DNA of 60,224 nucleotides, the filler included, from Circinaria calcarea (taxonomy: Eukaryota): the NCBI GenBank assembly GCA_051942165.1. It is 12 parts of 12 records of this genome, joined end to end, with 100 filler letters (N's around TTAATTAATTAA, not from the genome) between each part and the next. Parts side by side here need not be neighbours in the genome. Positions count along the whole stretch, not along the records: positions 20,140 to 25,067 come from JAVECS010002115.1; positions 25,168 to 30,093 come from JAVECS010002116.1; positions 30,194 to 35,118 come from JAVECS010002117.1; positions 35,219 to 40,141 come from JAVECS010002118.1; 8 more parts are not named here. One strand, given 5' to 3'. Both the position numbers and the translations under genes were made by a program. The notes below the pieces were generated by a model. The model saw nothing but the letters and a program-made list of their open reading frames with translations. It did not search any database and had not been told where the DNA came from. This document shows positions 23,998 to 36,498 of the stretch, piece by piece. Position 1 is the first letter of the stretch. Every line of letters starts with the position of its first letter.

Positions 23998-24508
23998 CTA
24001 ACGCATACTCATCCCCCTTCATCCACCCCAACCGCTTCCACATGTTCAACTTCTCCCATTCCTTTGTAAAACTCTTCACCTTGCCCTCATTGATCTCAAA
24101 GATCGCCGCGGCGCTCCACCGTGCCTGAATTCCAGACGCCTTGATGCCCGCATGCGGCTTCCCGCAGTTGGTTGCCCTCGGCCGTATCCCGGAACAGCAC
24201 GTGCCCGTCCTTGGCGAAGGCGATGTCGTAGGAGACGATGTGCAGGGTCGGCGATGGCGGTCATGGCATGCGTAGTCGAGGGGCGTGCGGCAGGTGGGGA
24301 AGGTGGTGGGCGCGCTGAAAGTGGACGACAGAGGCGCGACCGGTGTTCAGCTTGGGGGAGTAGACGGTGCACATGTATTCTTCGGCGATGGAGAGGTTTT
24401 TCTAGATAGGCAGAGGGGAAAAGGGGAAGTTAGTAAGAGGACGAGGAGAGGGGGGGGGAAATAGAAAAGGGCTTATCTACCTCCTCTGCTTCGGTTTGGG
24501 GGTACTAT
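23998..24508 (-). pseudogene. SnoaL-like/NTF2-fold (ester/polyketide cyclase-like) pseudogene
   Basis: Fragments in shifting frames: KNLSIAEEYM..NTGRASV, FSAPTTFP..DYA, LHIVSYDIAFAKDGHVLFR.TAEG, CGKPHAGI..ARWSAAAIFEINEGKVKSFTKEWEKLNMWKRLGW. Intron 24402-24480; ATA at the expected start. Confidence 0.8.
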
Positions 24509-25196
24509 TTTTGGTGGAGATTTCTATGTTGGACGAAATCGTGGTAAGCTGATCTTCGTGGTATATTCAATTGGGTAGCTGCGAGGGTAGTCGCAACCAG
24601 ATGTCAGAAATCAAAACTGCTCGAAATCGTGAAGACCATGTTACCATAGTCTGCTTCAAAATACGCCATGGAGATTGATCCTTGCTGCTCTATTATGCGT
24701 TAAACCGTTATGACTTTCCATGACTATTTATGTTCTGCAAAATAGGAGGTCGTCGAGGCCAAGTTTATAAGCTGCCTGACGGTCGTATTTCTACATATCT
24801 ATCTTATCAGGGATATGCTAATCCATTTAATGTTTTGTTGTTAAAGACGCATCAGGACCAAGAGATTGACTGGCAGCCGGTCTGGCCCTAGTTGTGATAA
24901 TTGCTATAGGATTATGGACAGGATGAACAAATGCCAAACCGCGAAATAGTAGCAGAAATGTTCCGTTATCCCCCGAAGGCGTCAAGGAAGTCAGCTGCCA
25001 AACGTCTTACCATCTTCTCACGTCCTTCAAAAAGGCATGCCTTAAGGCTCCTCCTCTGAAGTGGCGANNNNNNNNNNNNNNNNNNNNNNNNNNNNNNNNN
25101 NNNNNNNNNNNTTAATTAATTAANNNNNNNNNNNNNNNNNNNNNNNNNNNNNNNNNNNNNNNNNNNNTGCCTAGGTACTCCGTACTTCCGTACTAT

Positions 25197-25303
25197 GTAG
25201 GTAGGTAGGTAGGTAGGTAGGTAGGTAGGTAGGTAGGTAGGTAGGTAGGTAGGTAGGTAGGTAGGTAGGTAGGTAGGTAGGTAGGTAGGTAGGTAGGTAG
25301 GTA
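25197..25303. repeat. (GTAG)n microsatellite, about 26 units
   Basis: Perfect tetranucleotide run near contig start. Confidence 0.98.
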
Positions 25304-25967
25304 AGTAGCTGGCTAGGTATACTTGTAGTATTTTCCGAAAGAAAACAACCTTTCCACCTTTCCCAGGGGGTATGTACGAATATATGGAATTACCCCCCTT
25401 CGTTCCTTCCTTCCTTCCTTGGGGAGGAGGAAAATTGTGTGTAAGATATTGGTAGTGAGCAGTGTAGTAAGTAGTAGGGGAGAAAGAGAGACAAAAGGAA
25501 AGAAAAGGAAAGTAAAGAGTCGAGGAACGGTTAGCTACCTTACTTGTTTATAGACTTACTGACCTACTTGGTCACTTTTGAACTATGGCGTTAGGCATCT
25601 TACGTTGTGGAGTATGGAGGAGAGAGATGGACCTCTTTTTTTGGGAAAAGAGGGATTTTCGGATGGGGAAGGGGATCTAGGTAGTCATTGTTCATTCTGT
25701 GCTGGGTGTGAAAATCCTTCGGGGGAGATATAGGGAGGAAGGGATAGGTAAATGACAGGGCTTCTTTTTTGCTTGCATTTGTTCCGGGTAATGATGCGAG
25801 CGAAAATGTATACATAAAATCTCCATATTGCACCTTCCCCAACACCCTCCGATGTTCATCACCACAAAACGCCTTGTCCCCACCGTCCAGCATGACTTCA
25901 TGAACAACACCAAGTACAAGAATTCATGTCCTCGAAACGCTAATGTTCACTCCCCTCTCTGACCGCT

Positions 25968-27600
25968 CTATATATCCAACATACTCCGAACCCTCTGCGG
26001 TGGAATTTGTGATGTGCGGCTCGCCATCGTCGCCGTAGTCGCACTACTGATTCCCCTTCCAGACTCTGCTTCGCGGTCGGGGTTTCCCAGCCCAGGTCTG
26101 CGTTCTGGCCCTTTATCTTCCAGTAATGTAATCTCATCTGGATCCCGAAACGGATTCTCCTCGTCTCGTGGTCGAGCAGGCATGTTGCCTAACTCCATCG
26201 TCCTTCCAATGTTATGTGTTGTGGCCCTACCGCCTCCAATTTCCGTGGTCAGTGCCTTCAAGCGCTGCTCCGTTGTCAGGCCATGTCCACTTGAAGCCTT
26301 CCACCACGCCGGCTTCTTGGTACGAATGCCAAGCTCGGCGTCAATGGCTTGTCCGCGATCAACACGTTGTTGGATGAGGGCGCGGTCTTCATTCGGTACG
26401 ATGAAGCCTGCGATCTCGTTGATAATGATGATAAGGATTACAGGTGCGTAACCGAGACCGTAAAGCCAAGCTGAGTTGACATTCTCGTTGCCGATATTGA
26501 TGGTCCACATAAATGAGCTGGCGATGGCATAGCCTACGACGACGCCAAGTAGAGGGATTGTAAGGAGGAATCTAGTGGGTGCAGACCGTACGAACCCAAT
26601 GAAGCTCCAGAATGGACCTCGATTCCTGGGTTTGTAGTAGTGGATTGAATGTTGAAGGGAATAGCAAATTATGCACCAAGCGACAAGAGCAAGGAAGCCG
26701 CCAGCTTTGAATCGACTATCTGTAGCAGCAGGCTTCGCTATCAAATTTGTCATCTGCAATGAGCCTTGCGATTGGATCCCAGTCCAACTGCGGGTGATGT
26801 TCATGAAGAAGTTCTAAATATATTGTGAGCGATATTGCACCTGATGGGTTTCGGGGTTGATCGACTTACGAGCCATGCGAACAGGTAAAATACCAAGGGC
26901 ATATAGAACTCCTTTGTTCCACGTCTATCGTCTGATGGAAGGGAGAAAGGGTCGTGATCGTATATTTGCCTTTCTTGCCATGAGCCCCTAAGAAGATGTC
27001 AGTATAGGTTGCGCTCAAGTGTATGGCGTGAACATACCAATGCCTCACCCCTTCCCAAACACAAGCTAGTATACCGGGCATCATGAGATAGAAGAAGAAG
27101 TTTTGGAGGATAATCGCTAGGTTTTGTAGATAGTCTCGATCCACATCGACAGCTGAGACACCGCTGATGATACCGCAGACGGCCACAAAAAGCATCCAGT
27201 ACCACTGCCACCGTCGCCCAATGGCGCGGAACCTCTTTTCTTGCGGTAGGTATAGTCTCCCGTGCTTGGACAAGTTTACGAGGGTGAACATTATCGAGAG
27301 AGCGAATAGCACAGCGAAAGCGAGACCCAGGCTCCCTCTCTTGTCGACCGGATAGTATGGAAAGTAACATGATGTGCCATTAACAACGGTACCGTTCGGG
27401 AACACCGTGGGCACATATTGATCGAAGATGAGGAAGCAAGAAGAGCCGTTTGACAGCGTGCCGTTGTTGTAAGTTGTGTAGTTGAAGTAGCTTAGAGTCG
27501 TTTGGTTGAGGTAATCGAGAGTAGTCTCGTTGACTCCCACCGTGACAGAGTCTGAGACTCGGCGGGCGGCGAGTAGCTGGCTGACTTGGAGGAGCTGCAT
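25968..27600 (-). CDS. Conserved fungal multi-pass membrane protein, DUF2434-like
   Basis: NGTLSNGSSC, GRRWQWYW, VWEGVRHWGSWQER. Introns 26988-27037 and 26814-26869 join the frames. Confidence 0.85.
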
Positions 27601-30600
27601 GGTGTCGAGTGCGCTCTGTCCGAGATGGACGGTATGGAGGTGACAATGAGTACTGGCTAGTTACCAAATATCCCCTTGGGCGATGACCTGGTGTGCTCTT
27701 TTCCAATGATAAGTCTCTGCTACAGCGCCATGCTGGGAGTTGGTGGTTCTCTATAACGCATTTGAATAAGTCGCAGAAGCTTACGCATCGTCAAAGGTAG
27801 ACGGCGATGACCGGACGCTTTTAACCTCTCAAATCCTTCTGCGGCTTTTGCAACGTCGGCAGGGATTGAGGGATTTTTGGATGGTAGGATGGAGGGACAG
27901 CATTGGTCACGGCTAAGTACCGGTGATCACGATAGGGTATGAGTAGGAGACAATTGGATGTCACAGTTGTGGTAGTGGTGGATAGCCCGGGTAGGCCCGT
28001 GCACAAGGCGTAGTTCGGGGAAAATGTCGGGCCTCTCGCTCAAAAGTCGGCCCTTTTTTTTTTAAACGAGAGTTTCAACCTCACCTCATGATAGTAGTAG
28101 TATCTTCGTAGTCATCACCGTGACTCTGGTGTATCTGTATCAGTATCAATGATTTGCAGGACATCAATGCCTTGTAAAGATGAACAGAGAGTTTGTCCTA
28201 CCTTGAAAGACTACAGGAGTATGCAGGGAAAGGGTTGTTCACATGGCCCAGAAGCTTCGAATGTTTGAACGCGCGATGGAACGGAAGCAAGATATACAAA
28301 GAAAGAGAAGGTCCATAAGCACCAAGCCTCAGATGGAGTCAGACAACTGGAGAGTGTGCAGTGCTGTTAAGAGTGGCAGACAAGTCAGTAATAGAATATT
28401 ATTATGATTGTTTGTTGGGCTGGAATTTCTGGAGAAGATACAGTACTCGGGGATGGCAAGAGCATAACGGAAGACATGGTGCATGTGTGTGAAAGCATCA
28501 TCAAAAGTAAAAGCTGGAATGAGGGAAATAGATGACGGGACACGAGAGGCGGAGATGGATTACATCAGTTTTGGTTACCCCTCGGCTCGAGGAACGCACT
28601 GCAGTCTCTATGGCTTGTGATACTGCAGTGTCTCTGACCAAGCTCTCTGATGTGCGGACCCTTATCCCCGGCATGGTGAATCGGGCTGTCACAGACTCAC
28701 CAGAGTTCCAAAGAGGTCTTTGCTTAGGTAAGAGCAGTCCTTCCTCAAAGTCATAATGGTTATAGGGACCACATTTCCTCAACGGTGGTGCAATGGGAAT
28801 GGAGCTACAAACCTCCCGTCGGTGATTCGACGCTCGGTCTGGAGTGGACTTCTTTCGTCGCAAACCAGGGAGGTATTCGATTTCGTAGTCTGGCGCTCCG
28901 GTAGCGCCAGGTATTAAATTAGAACCTTTGGGAGTTTCTCTCCCCTCTGGGGTGCATAGAGGAAATCCACATATTTCAGTCCCGGGTCCTCAGGCGCCAC
29001 CAACATTAATCTTTTTTCTTTTTTGGATTTTTTTAAAATCTATTTCACCCAAGAGGGTGGCGAATTCTAGTGGTACAGCGGCCTTGGGAAGGTCACAGGG
29101 TCCATCTATTTGAATCGCTCTACGCTACTTTTTCTTGGCTTTTCCGCTTCGTTGGCTAGGTGAATGAATTTTTACGGTACGGCGAGGGGTTGGCATGATG
29201 CCCGTCTGCTTGGCAACTTTCGCTCAAGCTGCGGCGCTCGATAAGGTCAGTACCGAGGACCTCCCAGCAGATCGCCAGACTTTGCCAGATACGCCCGAAC
29301 TTTTGTTTGGCAAGGCCGCACAAACTTAGACTCGACGGCTGAAATCTCTGAAAAGTACCGAGATTTGAAAATCTCCTAGCACCAAGGGCGCCAAGTACGA
29401 CTCCAATATTCGATTTCACCGTCTCTACCGATCCATCGAGCAAAAAGCCGAGAGGGCGGTGGGGAATGGCACGCAAGACGAAATCCGCATCCGAATCCCA
29501 ATGCTATCATCCATACATATCACACATACTCCTTCTCATTCAAACAAACTCTACGCGAAAAGCCTACAGTCAAGTTATGCACGCAGATAATCTCTGTACC
29601 CGCACCCTCAAACATATACATGCAACACATGGCATCTGATGTTCATCTTCTGCACCACCACCTCCCCAAACCTGATTCTTCACCTTTATTTCCGTAAACA
29701 ATGGGTCATCATGCACGCATACATACGTGCATCCCATGCCACAACCCCCTTTTATACCGGCTACACCCTCCCGATATCTGGATATCCGCCATCTATATTA
29801 GTCTAGCGCACGGACGCAGACATTGATGGTTTGGGAGCAGGTAGAGCGAGGCGATTTTAATACCACGCGTATATATTTACCGAGCGTCAAATCTTATGGG
29901 AACATGCACGATAGAGAGTGATTTTCCTTACTAGTTAGACTTGCTACCTGTACACAAATACACTCTTCTCCTATAAACCACCCGCCCCTCAAATCTATCA
30001 AGGAAAATTCCTCAAGCCAATGCGCAAGCAAAAATCAACTATTACAATCTCCTCCCCTTATGCACTCGCACCCATCCACCAACCCCCTTCCTCNNNNNNN
30101 NNNNNNNNNNNNNNNNNNNNNNNNNNNNNNNNNNNNNTTAATTAATTAANNNNNNNNNNNNNNNNNNNNNNNNNNNNNNNNNNNNNNNNNNNNGACAGTT
30201 CGGGGATAGAGGGAGGCTGAGGATAAGTGTGATGGGAATGTATGGGGACCATGTCGCGGGTAAATCGATTACGGCGGGGAGAAAGCATGGGCGTGAGTTA
30301 GAGACAGCCTGTGCTAGTAGTTTGTATTAGAACAGCAGTGGAGTGGGGGAAAAGATAACTAGGTAGGGGTCAGATTATTTACGCTGATGGGGGGTTTTTT
30401 TTCCAGCGCCATGTCGTTTACTTGAATATTTCTTCGCTTCGTTTATCAAGGTAATGAAGCTCGCAAGCTAGTTTTACTATCAGTAAATTGTGATGTCCCT
30501 CTCCCAGCTCGGGCTCGTAGGAAAAGCCCTAGAAGATCGGGCTCGGCTCGGAGGCCCGCCTGTTGTGTAACCTGAGCATCATCCATATAACGTGCTGTTA

Positions 30601-30618
30601 CGAAGGTACATCAAAATC

Positions 30619-30785
30619 CCAAGAACATGCGAGCACTCAGATCTCAATTCAGAGTCATCCCAGGCGCTTTGAACGTACTGTTCTATCTAGCTACCAAGAA
30701 CATGCAAGCACTCAAACCTCAATTCCTAGCATTGCCAGGTTTGGCAAAGGAGCCCGAAAACGCCTCAACTTGTGGAACGTACTTG
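30619..30785 (+). repeat. Diverged ~75-bp tandem duplication
   Basis: CCAAGAACATGCRAGCACTCARAYCTCAATTC at 30619-30650 and 30694-30725; GAACGTACT recurs at 30671 and about 30775. Confidence 0.75.
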
Positions 30786-33019
30786 AGCAATCTTGGAGCT
30801 CGAGCGAATCCTGCAAGGAACAAGGTACGAGACTCGTAAAAAGTGAGTCCCAACCGAGGGTGTTGGCTGTGTCTTTCGAAAGGCGGACTTTGGCGCAGAA
30901 GCTTCAACGGGTCAGCTAAAGGCCAGAATTGTCTCCTACCCAAAAAAACCCACCCGATCATCTTCAGCCCCCAAGTCCTGGGGACAGTTGCTGCCGTCGT
31001 TCCCTCGGTCATTATCGGCGGTCCTCTAGCTCTACTGGGTTCAGGTCGCTAGGTTCCGTGGGAGGTATATCGTCCATTACGGTGACATGAATCGGGGTCC
31101 CGCTATATGCATACCCCTAGTACCTACACGCACACCCCCAAATACCATAGTTGCACAGCCCCCCCGAATAGGCAATAAAATCAGTAGTTTAGCGAAATAA
31201 ATTATACATATCATAGCTGAGTATTAAAGTTATTTTGGCTTTAGAAGTTGAGAAGTCTCCTCTTATCAGCATAAATTTCATATACATTTCGAAGTAAATG
31301 TATCGGAACTTCATACACCTGACAAGGTAAGGAACAAAACAAGATACCGACAACAATTCGTGGAAAAGCAAGGATAGGAAAGGAGGGAGCGTGGGATTTA
31401 AATATCAAGCGATGATTGCGCAGAGGTGAATCGTTTTTAAGTCACTGCACCATAGAGTGATTTTTGATTGCTAGCACCACAGTCCTTTAATATCAGCCGG
31501 GAGTATGAATCTGAATTGGGCTTGTCCCAGACCCTACAGAACATGCCGTTCTGTCTGCTCTCCTGCTAGAAAAATTGAGGAACCAAACAGATACGCTTCT
31601 TGAAAGGAGTAATACATACGACTCCCAATAGACCTTAACAGCTGCCGGCTTCACGACCTATTGTCAAAATCCACAAACAGTTAGAAGGGTTCAAGCTTCC
31701 TCGAAAAAAATATCAGCCGGACCAAAGCTTTAACATACGCCTCTTGATGATGCATCGAAGCCGAGAACAATTTTACCCCCGTTTAAGACATTCGACCTCG
31801 ATAATTTTGTTACCGTGGATACCGGTATGACCCTATGGAGAGAGTGACTGTACTATGGAGGGTAACTTGGTTGATTGGGGTGTTGCTAAATCTAAGTGGT
31901 GGGGGAAGACTAAATACTGCAGGTGCTGACTAAGCTCCACACCGGCCCTCGCCCGTTGAATTCTCAATACTATCTTAGGGAAAGATTACAAATTCTTCTA
32001 AGTCACTATAACTCTCACAGCTCCTATATTCGGATACTATTTGGTATCGCCTTTACTGTCAGCAAAGCAGCCTAGGCCGGTCTAAAGAATAAGTATACCA
32101 TTTTGTAACTCAGCATCGGCTTATCGATGGCCCCGTTCCATTTCAGAAAGACGGAAATAAAAATCAACATTTTATAATGCATATATTGGACGTTTCGGGA
32201 CTTGATAAAATTTCAAAACTCGAAGACCGAGGTATTTTAATCATTGGAATTTTAAAAAACTTCCAGGCTCGGGTTCTCTTGACTTTTAGCCTTGAGATTT
32301 AAATAGCCTCCCCACTAACTCTGTTGGTGTTTTTGTGTAAATTTATGGCTCACAGTGCTTAGCTGTATCTCGATACTTGAATTGGAAGATCTGCGTCGCT
32401 TTGTTGTTCAACTTCCAGCCACTGGATTCTGCTGGGAGACAACCATCCCCCAGTCGGCGAGATCTCCGGTCGTTTCTATTGGCCTATTGAGAGTGCGCTA
32501 GGTGGTAAAGCGAAGTTCGCAGCAGGAGGACTCCTAGATTTGGCTGAAGTCTCGAGGGATACATCCGAACTGGACTCACTCCTCTTGATTGCATATTACA
32601 AGGTGGAGCGTGGTGCAGAACGCATGATGCTGTAATTGAACCCCGATGTTGATTTCCTAATCTAACGGCTCAGGGAACTAGACCTTCATGGCTTTCATGA
32701 TAATGGAGCCGTCGTCGAATTTCCTCGAGTCAGTGTTACCTGTCACCGGGCTAATGGGATTTGAAAATGCTTCTTTTTAGTTTCTCCGGCAAGTTCCTAC
32801 ACATAGGTAAAGGAAACAAACTCTGCAGTGGCGATAAAAGGGGATAGTTATAACGGAAGCCAACTTCCCTTACCGGGGTGGTTTCGATATAAGAGGTTTG
32901 AAGAGGATGATCCGATTTGTCATCAACAATCGAGCACCCGTTCGTACATCAACAGTCCGGCAACGACTTTTGCACATCCCCCTCGAGTGTGATGGAAGAT
33001 CACTAATCAGCTGAGCTTC

Positions 33020-34963
33020 TTATTTACCAACGCAGAATCTTTGAGCCATTAGCATCTAATGCTGAGAAAGCGTGACTTTTCATTTACTTCTCAAACACCA
33101 CTCCCAAAACCTCTTCTATGTCACCCGCTTCTCCCTTTCCAGTAATCTTAGCTAGAGTATCTCCAGCAGCGCGCAGGCTCTCTGCAGCCAGTACAATATC
33201 AACGTCGATGTATTGCTCCCCCAATCCAGCAGATTTGACAGCGTTGAGAAAGTCATCGAGATATCGGCGACATTGTACGAGAAGAAGACGCTGCCTCTCA
33301 CTTGCCCCGAGTGATTCTTCCCATGGTTGTTGATGACTAGATGTAAGGCTCTCAGTATCAACTGCATTTGTCATAGACTTGAATGTTACAATTAGTTGAT
33401 CAAGAAACCTCTGGATCCCACCATCTGAAAAGTTCCTAGTGCTTAACCCTTGCTCTTTACAGGAGATGAACAATGGACTTAATTGAAGCCCACTCAGAGA
33501 CTTAGCTGGCTCCATCAGACTGAGCAAAGTACTTAAGTCAGGTGGTTGAATGTTATTCTCGCCACCTATGAGATCCGACTTATTGACAACACAGAGTATC
33601 CTTTGTTTGTCAAGATCACATCTGATCAACGTCTGAAGGATCTCCGGGTTGACTGGAACTACTAGCCTGCCAGGATCGGTCACGCCGGGCTCTATTGATA
33701 AAACGACGACCACCACATCCGCAGCTACGACTCTTGCTTTAGCTCGTCTTATACCCTCCTCCTCAATTTCGCCAATCGGAGTCCCATCTGTTGGCCTGTT
33801 GGAGACTCCCTGATTAGCGCTGTTTTCACGTAGCCCGGCTAAATCTCCAAAGCGACATAGGAATCCACCAATATCCAAGTTAACTTCCACAACGTCACGC
33901 GTAGTACCAGCTTCTTTACTGACAATGGCGGCTTCCCTTCCTACGATCCTGTTCAAGAGCGAGCTTTTCCCTGCATTCGGCGCGCCAAGTAGTGCAATAT
34001 TGATACCGTTACGTAGAAGTTCGCCCCTCGAAGAATTTTGGATAGTCGTCTCAATCTTCCCCCTAAGCTGTCCAACCTGGTTTACAACAGAGAAGATTAA
34101 CTTTGCTGGCGACTCTTCGAAATGCTGATCCTCCGAGAAGTCAATGAGCGCTTCCAGCTCACCGCGAGCATATAACAACTGTTGCCTCCAGGCCTCATAC
34201 CGAGCTGTGAGGGCGCTATTTGCTCCCCTGACAGCCAAACGACGTTGCTGCTCGGTCTCTGCAGACAACGTATCGCCTAGCGCCTCTATCTGATTTAAGT
34301 CGAGTCTGTTATTGTAAAATGCACGCCGCGTGAATTCCCCAGGCTCAGCGTAGCGTACATCAGTGTTGCTTCTGAATAATTGTACTGCTTTCGGAATGGC
34401 AGCAAGTACAGCTTTAACCACAGCAGGACCTCCATGAATTTGTAGCTCCAATACTTCTTCACCTGTTGCGGTACGAGGCGCAGGGAAGTATAGAACAAGT
34501 GCTCCTGAATCAAGTACCTGACTATTTGAAGGAGAAGCACCTGGGTCGTACAACGTCCTGAGAGAACCATATCGAGGTCTCAAATTTGGTGCGCTGGGGC
34601 AGAGCGCCTTGTATATCTAAACAGGTTAACAAAGTTGTCCAGCTGATTTGTCGAAATTCTTACGTCTAGACATGCAGGGCCAGATATCCTGACGATTGCA
34701 ATGGCAGCTCGCCCGGGCGCTGTTGAGAGGGCATAAATTGTACAGGTATCTGCATTGAGTGTACCAAGGCCGTGTGCAGATGGCTTGCTGCAATTCTTGC
34801 TGAAGCCACGAGAGCGAAGAGGAGCGTTGCTCCACCACTTCCGAGGAAAAGAAGAAAATGATCTAAATCTTGGCAGCTTATTACCTAGTGATGTAGGTTG
34901 CCGTAAAGTGGTCTGAATAAGACTTAAGTATTGACTCGATGGGTATCGCGGAAGGCATTGCAT
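33020..34963 (-). CDS. MSS1: Mitochondrial tRNA modification GTPase MnmE/TrmE
   Basis: TIYALSTAPGRAAIAIVRISG, AEPGEFTRRAF, GAPNAGKSS, GTTRD, DLAG, NKSD. Introns 34617-34663 and 33039-33087; terminal exon gives FCVGK*. Confidence 0.96.
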
Positions 34964-35220
34964 CAGACACAGTAATCTATCTCCCCCTAACAATGAATGA
35001 AGGCTAGATGCAAATTCGGGACGGCCCTACCGTGGTATGCAGTCCCGCGCGCTTAGCCAGCGTACCATGACATACGCGCGGGTATAGCAATTGTATTCGC
35101 ATGTGCACGGTCCAAGACNNNNNNNNNNNNNNNNNNNNNNNNNNNNNNNNNNNNNNNNNNNNTTAATTAATTAANNNNNNNNNNNNNNNNNNNNNNNNNN
35201 NNNNNNNNNNNNNNNNNNCC

Positions 35221-35754
35221 GCGACCCCATCCTCTCCCTCCCCACTCCACCCGCTCACCCGAATAATTCGCATCCCACGCTCCTGGCTCTCCACCGGCGA
35301 CATCTCCCCCCAATTCTCGAGTATCTACCCCGAAACCCTGACGCCCTACATTTCTGACGAGACCTTCTACACCCTCGTCGCCACCATTAACCAAAGAATC
35401 CGCGATGCCTACGATCCTTTTGCGTGGCAGAACTGGCTCAACTCCCTCTTGGGTGTTATGACGGCCTGGTTATGGGAAGACTTGAAACTCGGCGTGGACG
35501 CGAAACGAGGCAGGAGAGGCGTGGCGCGGGTGGAAAAGTATATAGAAGAGTGGAATCGGCAAAAGGAGATGGAGAAGGAGGAAGGAGGCGAAGAGGGAGA
35601 GGACAAAGGCCTCGTGAAGGTAATTGAGCTCTGGCGGACCGGGTACATGAGTTTGGATATCCAGATTCCGGATCCACGTGTGGTGCTCTTGAGGGATGCA
35701 GAGGGGAGGGAGAGGATGGGGTCGCGGGAGGGTTTGAACACAGGAAATCCCTGA
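35221..35754 (+). CDS. ERF4: Ras palmitoyltransferase accessory subunit Erf4/golgin A7 family, C-terminal part (5'-truncated)
   Basis: Open frame TRIIRIPRSWLSTGDISPQFSSIYPE..AYDPF..LLGVMTAWLWED..IEEWN..RTGYMSLDIQIPDP. Confidence 0.85.
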   Translation, partial: ATPSSPSPLHPLTRIIRIPRSWLSTGDISPQFSSIYPETLTPYISDETFYTLVATINQRIRDAYDPFAWQNWLNSLLGVMTAWLWEDLKLGVDAKRGRRGVARVEKYIEEWNRQKEMEKEEGGEEGEDKGLVKVIELWRTGYMSLDIQIPDPRVVLLRDAEGRERMGSREGLNTGNP

Positions 35755-36122
35755 TAGGGGAAACACTCAGTATCCCTATCATACCCATCTATCCTCTCGT
35801 TTAGTTCAAACGACCCCCGACAACCATCAACTACCCACCCTTTACGCAACACCTCCCTCCCAGTCCCAAGTCCCAAGTCACAAGCTACAAGTACCGATCC
35901 ACGAACGACCCACTTATCCGCGAAAGAAACACCCCTTCAGACCAACCAGAAGCGCAAGCATCACCATTATCATTCGATATATCTCCTGCCTCCCTCTTTT
36001 TTCCAAAAAAATGCCATAGATCGGGGTATTCCCCCCCCCCCCTCCTCTTATAACGCCATAGAGCAAGGAGTCCAGATTCTCCACACACCATTTTCTTTTT
36101 TTTTTAAAAAAAAAGCTACAGC

Positions 36123-36256
36123 TAGAATTAGAATTAGAATAGAATTAGAATATTTCTACTCATCAGCGATTGGGCGTCGGCGTTGGCATTTGCATACTGC
36201 ATTTGCAATTTGGGGCATACGATACGATACGATGCGATACGATACGATACGATACG
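36123..36256. repeat. (TAGAAT)n and (GATAC)n simple repeats between convergent genes
   Basis: 36123-36151 and 36217-36256. Confidence 0.9.
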
Positions 36257-36498
36257 CGAGGAGAAGAGGCATAGCGAACGGTTGTTTTAGAATTTCTTCA
36301 TTGTTATTTTCGGTATTGCTAGATTGCTAGATTGATAGGTAGGTAGATGGGAGATGACAGGCTTATTCTGAAAAAGATTTCTAGTTAAAGTTTTTTAGTT
36401 TTTCCCCCAGTCCAGAGTGAAGTGATCACTTTCCATTTTCCCTTTTCCCTTTTGATCCCCCAAAGTCACCCAGCAGAGCTTAACGATCCAAAAACATC

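Noticed and set aside
19658..24508. Apparent larger cluster joining Ctr/DJ-1/OMT with SDR/GST/SnoaL
   Set aside because: Separated by the linker at 20040-20139; the contigs are adjacent only because of equal length.
28500..29480. ORFs of 75-120 aa upstream of the DUF2434 gene
   Set aside because: No recognisable motifs or consistent exon chain.
31540..32900. Coding-like fragments with possible splice sites downstream of MSS1
   Set aside because: Possibly an old pseudogene, but no family recognisable and no consistent frame; needs tBLASTx.
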